Assembly (NCBI GenBank): GCA_964544705.1
Contig: CAZJDA010000011.1
Coordinates: 21,620 to 85,619 of the forward strand
Reading direction: 5' to 3'
DNA: 64,000 bases
DNA from: an uncultured Bacteroidales bacterium
Lineage (GTDB): Bacteria; Bacteroidota; Bacteroidia; Bacteroidales; CAZJDA01
A program made the position numbers and the translations under genes. Each line of letters starts with the position of its first letter. Position 1 is the first letter of the stretch. The notes beneath the pieces are model-generated. The model did not search any database. It was not told where the DNA came from and saw nothing but the letters and a program-made list of their open reading frames with translations. Shown one piece after another: positions 22,351 to 31,300 of the stretch.

Positions 22351-22998
22351 ATGGAAAAAATTAATATCATGGTTGTAGATGATCACCAGATTTTTAGAAC
22401 AGGATTGATTCTATTATTAAATGAAATTGAATATATTGGAAATATCCAAGAAGCTTCTGACGGAGAAGATGTTTTTGATGTCTTGGAAAAGGGCAAAATA
22501 CCGGATATTATCTTAATGGATATTAAAATGCCAAAAATGAATGGTATTGATGCCACTGCAAAAATCCTGGAAAAATATCCTAAAGTCAAGATTGTAGCTT
22601 TGTCTATGCACGACGAGGAAAAATACCTCGATAGTATGTTAAGGGCAGGCGCTAAAGGATTTTTGTCAAAAAAAGTGGGATTAGAAGACCTGGAAAAGGC
22701 CATTAAAAGGGTATATGAAGGCAAAAATTATTTTTCAGAAGATTTGATGAATATCCTCGTGCAAAAAATTACGCCATCTAATAGGGGTAAGCAAGTTGAA
22801 GTTAACTTAACAAAACGAGAAAAAGAGATATTGAAACATATTGCCAGTGGTTCGTCAAACCAAGAGATTGCTGAAAAACTATTTATTAGTCAACGTACGG
22901 TAGAGTCTCACAGGGCTAACTTATTGGAAAAAACCAATTCAAAGAACAGTATCAACCTGGTAATTTTTGCCATACGGAACAATCTTATTGAAATATAA
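22351..22998 (+). CDS. NarL/LuxR-family response regulator
   Basis: The REC domain has IMVVDDHQIFRTGL and the LuxR HTH has LTKREKEILKHIASGSSNQEIAEKLFISQRTVESHR. I prefer the ATG at 22351 (or 22345) to the TTG at 22318 used by the track. Confidence 0.88.
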   Translation: MEKINIMVVDDHQIFRTGLILLLNEIEYIGNIQEASDGEDVFDVLEKGKIPDIILMDIKMPKMNGIDATAKILEKYPKVKIVALSMHDEEKYLDSMLRAGAKGFLSKKVGLEDLEKAIKRVYEGKNYFSEDLMNILVQKITPSNRGKQVEVNLTKREKEILKHIASGSSNQEIAEKLFISQRTVESHRANLLEKTNSKNSINLVIFAIRNNLIEI

Positions 22999-23306
22999 TA
23001 TTGGTTCCTAATTGCGATCTCAGAAAGTTTGGTTTTTTGAACTTATTTTTTTCTTTTATCAACCTCTTTTGCAAAATATTTCTTGCCTATCTCCCCAAAC
23101 ATAAAAATGCGCAATTTTTAAAATTACAAGGTGCGTTGTAACCCTACAGCCCGTTACCTTTGGTTTAGTTCAACACAGGATATAAAAGCCGTAGCAGGCT
23201 TTGCTCTATGGGTTTTTTATATCCCTAACGTGAGTTTACGAATTATATTTTTATCTTATGCTAACACCCAGGTATACAAATTGTTATAGATGTATATGTC
23301 TTTCCC

Positions 23307-24344
23307 CTAACTTTCGATATATTGCTTCATCTGAAACATTTTAAATAGCTTTGATTGTAATTCGTTCATTTTTGACAAACTATTTGCTTTTTGTTTACCC
23401 TTTCGTTTCCCCTGTTTGTGAAAAACAGAGACAACTTGCTTAATGCCTGTAAGCTCATCGTGCAGTCTTTCCATTGATATTTTAATATTATTCATACGTA
23501 ATTCTCTTTCTATTAAAGAACGTAAAAGTAAGGAAATGGTACAGTATAAACCATGCACTTTTACTTTTTGATCGGTATAATGATGTAACGGCCACCAGCT
23601 TCCATAATTCCTGTTTTTTGTTTTTTTGAATAAGCCTTCAACAACGGCCTGGTTATTATACGATAATATTATTTCTTCTGTCTCCCAGTTATGATTGTCG
23701 GTAAATATGACTTTTTTACCCAATTGCTTATCTTTTATTTCTTTTAATTTGCCTTCATTAATGCTATAGTTAATGACAGGAACCTGATTTTTAGTACTAT
23801 AGTCGACACTTATCACCTCCTTCATGTATTGACGTTTTAAAATGGTTTTCACTTGGGTTTCAACACTTGTCATAGTCGGTTTCCTACCCTTTGTTACAAT
23901 ACCATTTACCCTGTCCTGCAGCTTTTGCTGCAATTGGGATAGCTCTTCAATACAATTATTTATGTCATTAAGCATTGTCTTTAACTGCTTGTCGTATAAG
24001 TTGGGATTGAATATTAAAATAACTGTTGCTTCCCGTTGATATACATCAATATCAGTACGAAATGCTTTCCAGCCGGACAATGACAAATCCCGGCAAGCTT
24101 TCAAACGATTGTTTTGGTTGGAAATACCTGCTAACTCTTTAACCTGGTTTAATTTCAAAGATCCGATGTAGTGTAGGCTGTTATGATGGAGTTTTTCAAT
24201 ATTCCCCAGTGAATTATTCCCCTTGTCAAATATTATAGTGATATTATCACAACTTATATTATCCGCTTGAAAACAATCACGGAAACGGTCAATTATTTTC
24301 TCAAATCCAGGGCTGTATAGATTCTCAATTATAAATGTGACGCG
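23307..24344 (-). pseudogene. 5'-truncated IS1634/IS4-like DDE transposase gene
   Basis: The open frame runs 346 codons with no plausible N-terminus. It retains the second-Asp region (ITIIFDKGNNS) and the E region (AVVEGLFKKTK). About 200 N-terminal residues, including the first catalytic Asp, appear to be missing. The frame opens immediately after TAG TGA inside the 36-nt motif. Confidence 0.7.
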
Positions 24345-24351
24345 TCACTAG
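24316..24351 (-). repeat. 36-nt dispersed motif, copy A
   Basis: The minus-strand sequence is CTAGTGACGCGTCACATTTATAATTGAGAATCTATA. It contains the perfect 12-nt palindrome GTGACGCGTCAC (24337-24348). It matches copy B (61546-61581) at 31 of 36 positions. Confidence 0.85.
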
Positions 24352-24406
24352 ATGATTCAACATGCAAGAAATGGTACGAATTTTTATGAGAGTTGCCAAA
24401 AGAATT

Positions 24407-24414
24407 TATTTTTG
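24407..24414 (+). promoter_or_regulatory. candidate -7 box TATTTTTG
   Basis: Fits TAnnTTTG and lies 56 nt upstream of the ATG at 24470. Confidence 0.3.
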
Positions 24415-24469
24415 TAAAATGTGATAAAAAGATCAAGGACCTAAAAAGTACTTAATTTAAAACAAATAG

Positions 24470-25294
24470 ATGAATACGTCTAAAGAGGTTTATTTTCATG
24501 TAGGAATGGGGAAGGTAGCTTCAAAATTCTTACAATACCATGTGTTCCCTAAGTTTAAGAATATCTTTTATATTCAAAGAACCCGCTACAGGCATTATCC
24601 AAAAATTATTGCCAATACAAGTTATAGCAAATATTTTGTTTCCAATGAATTTGACAGGCAGATGGAAGAAGCTACACAAAAAATTGCCAATAATTTTCCC
24701 GATGCGAAAATCATAATTTTTCTTAGGCGCCACGATGGTTGGATGGCCTCGCAATACAGGCGCAGGGTAAAAAATGGACGGGCCTACGATTTTGATGATT
24801 TTTTTGACATTTATAATGATAATGGCATCTGGAAACAAAAAGACCTGTATTTTTTTGATAAACTGCAATTCTTAGAGAAAACTTTCAATTCAAAACCTTT
24901 AGTACTTTTTCATGAAGACTTGAAAAACCAGCCTTATGAAACAATTGATAGAATAGCAAAATATCTTGGTGCAACATACAATAAAAAAGATATTAATCTT
25001 AAAGCTAAGCATACTTCTTATAACCTAAAACAATTGAAATTTATGAAGATGCTCAGCCCTTATTTATTCAGGCAGTCTTTTAAATTTTCAAAGGTTTTTT
25101 TCTTAAGGAAGCTTCAACGTTATTACAGGATGATCTTTCGCTATTTTGTTTTATACATAGCTTATATTGTACCAAAGTCTTGGGTGCCTGAGAAAGATTT
25201 GATCCCAAAGGAATCGTTAGAAAAAATCCGTGAATTTTATAGTGATGACTGGAAAAAATGTAAGGAATATGCTGAAAAGAATAATACGGCGTGA
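24470..25294 (+). CDS. sulfotransferase-like protein (tentative)
   Basis: 274 aa. The N-terminal FHVGMGKVASKFLQ resembles the PAPS 5'-phosphosulfate-binding loop of sulfotransferases. It stands alone with no polysaccharide-locus context. Confidence 0.5.
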   Translation: MNTSKEVYFHVGMGKVASKFLQYHVFPKFKNIFYIQRTRYRHYPKIIANTSYSKYFVSNEFDRQMEEATQKIANNFPDAKIIIFLRRHDGWMASQYRRRVKNGRAYDFDDFFDIYNDNGIWKQKDLYFFDKLQFLEKTFNSKPLVLFHEDLKNQPYETIDRIAKYLGATYNKKDINLKAKHTSYNLKQLKFMKMLSPYLFRQSFKFSKVFFLRKLQRYYRMIFRYFVLYIAYIVPKSWVPEKDLIPKESLEKIREFYSDDWKKCKEYAEKNNTA

Positions 25295-25320
25295 AGTGTG
25301 ACAGTAGACGATAGAAAAAG

Positions 25321-25354
25321 AAAAAAAGGCTGCTAATGAAAAGCAGCCTTTTTT
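25321..25354. terminator. bidirectional intrinsic terminator between convergent genes
   Basis: The sequence AAAAAAAGGCTGCT-aatgaaa-AGCAGCCTTTTTT forms a 9-bp GC-containing stem. It is flanked by an A-run and a T-run. Confidence 0.8.
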
Positions 25355-25367
25355 ATAGTATCACAAA

Positions 25368-28300
25368 TTATTGAATCACGATTTTTTGATTCATAACATC
25401 ACCTGTTTTAAGGTTGATGAGTTGGATATAATAAATACCCGTATTCCTGTCGTTAAGGTCAAGTTTTATTTGCTTTTTATTGATTTCATCAGCATATATC
25501 AATTGGCCTAAAGAGGAATAAATGTTCATCCTATAATCGGCTTTTTCACCAAGTTTAACAGTAAATTGCCCTGAAGTAGGATTAGGATAGATATTTATAA
25601 CTGTATTTCCAACTTCTCCAATACCTTCAAGTACGGTATAGCTGGTAACATCTGTAGAATCGCTCAGCGTTTCATCATCCGTAGCCCTAATATAGTAATA
25701 TACTGTAGTGCCGGCTGATTGTGCAGGGATAGCATTATCTGTAATATAAGTACTGCCAGATTCCAGGCTCATGTTGATTACATTTTCTACGTTTGTTTCT
25801 TGAAGCCCCCAAAGCAATTCAGCGCTTTGAATGGTACCATCATCAATAATATTGGCGCTAACATTCACATCATCATCTGGTGTAGGTTCTTCTGGGTCAA
25901 TAGCAACATTGGATATAACAGGGGCTCCTTCTGAGTAGCCCGTAATATAGATGCTATCAACTTCCCATGTAGCTGACTCACTGCTTGTTGATGTGTATTT
26001 GTAAGCAACAAAAACAAAGTCACCGGTAACAGATGAAATATCTATCAGCCCGGAATAAGTCCATTCCCAACTTCCCGGTGAAAGATTTGCTGATAGAGTG
26101 TTCCATGTAGCAGTGTTTGGGTCGCTTAAGCCGTCATAATCATTAGATGTCATTATTTCAAGATCATTACCTGTATAATTCATGGCAGTAAAGAAATCAA
26201 ACGTAATGGTTCCATAATTATCTGCATTGAAAGGTGGAGATATGAGCCAGTCTTCATTTTCATTGCTGCTGCCTTCATACCCACTCATCTTGGCAAATTT
26301 ATTGCCATCGTAAGTATCAACATACCATTCTTGGGCTCCAATAACGTTTTTAGTGAACCATCCACCCGAAGTGAGGCTGCCGTCTTCGAAAGTTTTCTCA
26401 ATAGGCAGTTCAACAACAGTTGGCCCATCGTAAACTTCATAACTGAACTCATCGGTTGTTGTAGTGTTTCCATCATTGTCTTCGGCAAATACTTCATAAT
26501 ATACGATAGTTCCATTGTCTTGTGCAGGAATATCACTGTCAGTTACATAAGCATCTCCGGTGCCACTATACGACATGTTAATCATATTGGTGAGGCTTCC
26601 TGGTGTTAATCCCCAATGAAGTTCTGCATTGGCTATTGTTCCGTCAATATCTGTTATATCAGCAGAAACAGAAACAGTTTGTGATGATGTTGGCGATTCA
26701 GGAGTATTTGTAACGTTAGAAATAACTGGATTGCCGCTAGGTTCACGAATAGAAATACTATCAACTTCCCATGTAGCCGACTCGCTGTTTGTTGATGTGT
26801 ATTTATAGGCAACAAACACGAAGGTTCCTGTAGTAGAAGAAAGATCGATCAACCCTGAATATGTCCAATCGAAACTTCCACTGGATAGGGTAGCTGAAAG
26901 CGTGTTCCAAGTAGCGGTATTTGGGTCACTGATACCGTCATAATTATCGGAAATAAGAACTTCTAAGTCATTGCCTGCGTAATTTTTGGCAGTGAAGAAG
27001 TCAAACTCAATGTTGGAGTAATTGTCAGCATTAAATGGAGGCGATATCAGCCAGTCTTCATTTTCGTTGCTACCTCCATCATACCCGCTCATCTTGGCAA
27101 ATTTGTTTCCATCGTACATGTCAACATACCATTCTTGGGTCCCTGTTACATTTTTAGCAAACCAACCGCCCGAGGTTAGGCTATTATCCTCGAAATTCTT
27201 TTCAATTGGCAAGCTAACAACTGATGGGCCATCGTAAACAAGATAGTTTTGTTCATCAGAAATGGTCGTGTTGCCATCATTATCTTCAGCGAGAATTTCG
27301 TAATAAACCGTAGTGCCGTCAACTTGAGTTGGAATATCGCTATCGGTTATATAGGAGTCACCTGAACCGCTATAAGACATCGCGATTGTATTTGTTAAAC
27401 TTCCAGAAGTAAGCCCCCAATACAATTCTGCATTTGAAATCGTACCATCAATATCTGTAATATCAGCAGAAACAGAAACCGTTTCAGAAGAAGTAGGATT
27501 AGCAGGAGTATTTGCAATGTTGCTAATAACTGGGTCAGTGCTTGGTTCACGAACAGAAATACTGTCTACTTGCCAAGTGGCCGATTCTGTATTTGTAGAA
27601 GTATACTTAAATGCTACAAATACATAGCTGCCTGTAGTTGATGATAGGTCGATCAACCCTGAATATGCCCAATTGAAACTTCCGCTTGATAATGTAGCTG
27701 AAAGCGTATTCCAAGTTGCAGTGTTTGGATCACTCAGTCCATCGTAATTATCAGAGACAAGAACTTCTATATCATTGCCTGTATAATTTTTGGCAGTGAA
27801 GAAGTCAAACTCAATGCTGGAATAATTGTCAGCATTAAATGGAGGCGATATCAGCCAGTCTTCATTTTCATTGCTACCTCCTTCATATCCGCTCATCTTG
27901 GCAAATTTGTTTCCATCGTACATGTCAACATGCCATTCTTGGGTCCCTGTTACATTTTTAGCAAACCAACCTCCTGAAGTAAGTACACTGTCTTCAAAAT
28001 TCTTCTCTATTGGCAGGCTTACTATCGATGGCCCTGAAATAACGGCAAATGGTTCACTGTAAATATCCCAATCCGTGGTAGCTTCTCTTTCGGCAATAAG
28101 CGTTGAACTTGGAGAACCTTGCTCAAAAACAAGGTTATCAAAAGTTGCTATACCAGAAACAGGTGTGTTTACTACCGGTGAACCGGTTAATATAGTGCCG
28201 TCAACTGTAACCTGGATGTTTTCAACAAAAGAAGTATCAACATTACCGTTCATATCGGTAGCTGCAATCTCAACAGGAGGAGTCATAGTAGTTCCAATAG

Positions 28301-31300
28301 TAACATCAGTCGGTTGTTGTTTAAAAGCTAATTGTGTTGCAACAACATCAATAGTAAATTCATTACCAACAATATCAGCGGTAAAAACATCGGCAAAAGC
28401 TGAACCTGATGGATCGGCAATGAAACCGTGATTATCGGCGTCTATCATAAATTGTACAATTTCTCCATCTGTTATGCTGTCTTCCAACCAAACATGTCCT
28501 ACAATTTCTTCTGAAGCACCATCAGCAATTGTAAGACTACCACTTTGAATATTGAAAATGGTTTCTGTGGCTGTTGATACGGGTTCACCATCCATAGCAA
28601 TAGAAGTACCATCAGCAAATTCAAAATATCCACCTGCAAGGCCTTCGTTGATGCTAATGGTATTTTGTGGGCCTGTAATAAATTTCATTTGAGTAACGAT
28701 AGTAGGTAATCCATCGCCACTTGCTGCATCTTCAATTACAAACCTGAATACTTCAACTGCTTCGGCTTGTGTATTGGCTATTGAAGAAATATTTGCCGGG
28801 GGCGTCTGGTTAGGTGGTGCCACAGCAACTGAAGTGTTATCATTACCTTCCACAATCGTTTGGATACCACCGGCAGTAACTGATCCTGTGATGGTTCCGA
28901 TAGTGAAAGTAAAATCACTTCCAGGTATAGCATCAACATTTATTGTACTTGATACAGTTGAACCAAAAGGTACATCGGCAGTAATGAAGAAGTGTATAGT
29001 AGAGTCAATACCAATTGATTGGTTAAGATTGTTGAATGTATGACTTCCCGGCCCTTGAGCTGTTGTAATAGATGCTATCTCATCAGCGCCGGTTATGGTT
29101 GAAGTAGGATTAGCCCAAAGTTTTAAGTTGGTAATATCTGTCTCAACATATGTACCGGCTGTTGTGAATGCAATTTGTTCAAGGTAAGCGCTCTCAACTG
29201 CAGCAGCTATTTCAAATTGAGAAAGGATATTATTGGAAGTTCCTTCTGCTATATTACCATCTCCCACTTGGTTGGGTGAAGAAATGGTTATTTCAGGAAC
29301 GGTAACAGATGTGTTATGGGTTCCTGGGGTTGCATCTGTAGTATTGCCAGGGCTAACAATGGTCCATTCGGTTTCTGTCCATACTGTATTCCCGGAGGCA
29401 ATATCACTGTTCCTGTATGCAATGGCATCTTCATATTCCCAAAGTTCACCTGTTCCATCAACTCCAACTTCGCCATAAATATCAATAACACTGGAGCCAT
29501 TGAAAAGTTCGTATACATCATCGCCGTTACCTGTTATAGAACCACTGCTGGTATTTGGGTAAAATCCATAGAATGTATTAAAGGCAACAGAATCATAGGC
29601 AATAACATAAGCTTGGCCGGCTGCGAGTGTGCCCGATAAGTCAACATCAGAGCTTGTAGTATTTCCATTTGCATACCTTCTTATTTGCCATCCTGTTAGG
29701 CTAATATCAGAGCTTGAAGGATTGTATATCTCTACAAATCTTCCGGTATATTCATCGGCCGGGTCAGCCACTTCTGAAATAAACAGGTCGCCTGAAGCAA
29801 CAGCAGAAACAGTATAATCAAATACTTGGGTTTCCGTAAGATTTGCTTCATTATCCCATGCTTTTACTTGGTAATAAACTATTGCACCTTGCGATTGAGC
29901 AGGAATTTGGTTATCAGACAAATAGGTGTCATCAATATCTACAGACATTGTAATTTCATTGTCAAGAGTGCTACTAACAGTGCTCCAATACACTTTGGCC
30001 GAATCAATACCAAGGTTATCCGTAATATCTGCATAAACGCTAACATCATCGGCAGTAGTAGGAGATGCCGGGTCTATTGTTACATTTGTGATAGCAGGTG
30101 GCGAAACATACGTTGTATTCCAAACGCTATCAACAAATTCAGGGTGATCAACAAAAGGATTCCTGTTGTTTTGAATATTGTAAATAGAATCGTTCCTAGT
30201 CATTTCTTTCTGGCTTACCGGGTCAAGGTTGTGCCAGTTAATAAGCATATTCAGCGCCCATTCTTCAAAAACAGAGCCATCTTCATCACTAATATCACCG
30301 TCTATCATTGGGGAGGTGGTCCAGGATGTAATCCTATTAGCATACCTTGTAGCAAGATAAAAATAAGTCCTTGCAATATCTCCTTTGACTTCATCAATGG
30401 GTTCAAAAGCTGTAGCCCCGCTGGAACCAGTATAAGCATTCGGACCAACTTTGCTGCCATTTAAAGAAGTGAAAGTTGGAGATGAAACTTCACCATATTC
30501 AAAGCTTCCTCTTTCACCGTTAACAGTTCCATCAGTAGGGTAGAGGTGGAATAGATCAGTATAAACTGTATCATCATCTGTTCCAAACCAACCTTGCGGG
30601 AATGAATGTTCCCTGTTGTAACAATCACCTTCATTGTTATAGGTTCCGCATTGGTCGGTTATAAAAATGTACTCGTAAGGAGGATCGTAACAACCCCCTT
30701 TATCGGAATATATATCCCATACGTTGCCATTGGGTTTTACATCCGTTGATTGGAAATCTGTCCATAGTTCGGCATAAGTCCTTTCAACATGGTCTTTCAC
30801 TATTTGGTTCAATTGCGCTTTTAATTCTTGCCCTGTGGATGTTGCACTACTATAGTAACTTCCGGGAATATTGCTAGCTGTATTCGTTTCGTCTACGGAA
30901 ATATTCTCTGTAGTTGAACCGCTTGAATGTGCTATGTTGCCGGTAAAAGTAGCATATGAACCGGGAGCAAATCTTGCATAAATTGTTGTTGATGCAACAG
31001 TTCCACCAGATTGGTTTAATGTTAAAGTATTAGAATAAGTGCCCGAGCAAGAAGTTGCTAACTCGTAACCTGTTGGTGCTGTGATAGAAATATCATCAGC
31101 CAGGTCAGCGCCTTCAACAGTATAGCGTTGAACCCTTGAAGTATAACCCGAATATACGTTTTCAAAATCAAGAGAAGATGTACTCAATGTTATAATTGGT
31201 GTGGTTCCGCCTGCTTCACCAGAAACTTCAATGTTATCTACTTGGTAGGTGGTGGTTTGCCCGGCATTATCATCACCAGTATATTTGTAAGCAATATAAA

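Noticed and set aside
24334-24349. The sequence TGTGACGCGTCAC resembles a CRP/FNR-type TGTGA-N6-TCACA operator.
   Set aside because: The half-sites are separated by 4 nt rather than 6. The copies lie inside disrupted genes, not in promoters.
25719-30464. There are many plus-strand ORFs of 62-212 aa inside the giant gene, for example 29826-30464, 27022-27237 and 27826-28062.
   Set aside because: They are antisense to a 2727-aa ORF with clear domain content. Their translations are low-complexity, and two are identical only because they lie in the tandem repeat. I treat them as frame artefacts.
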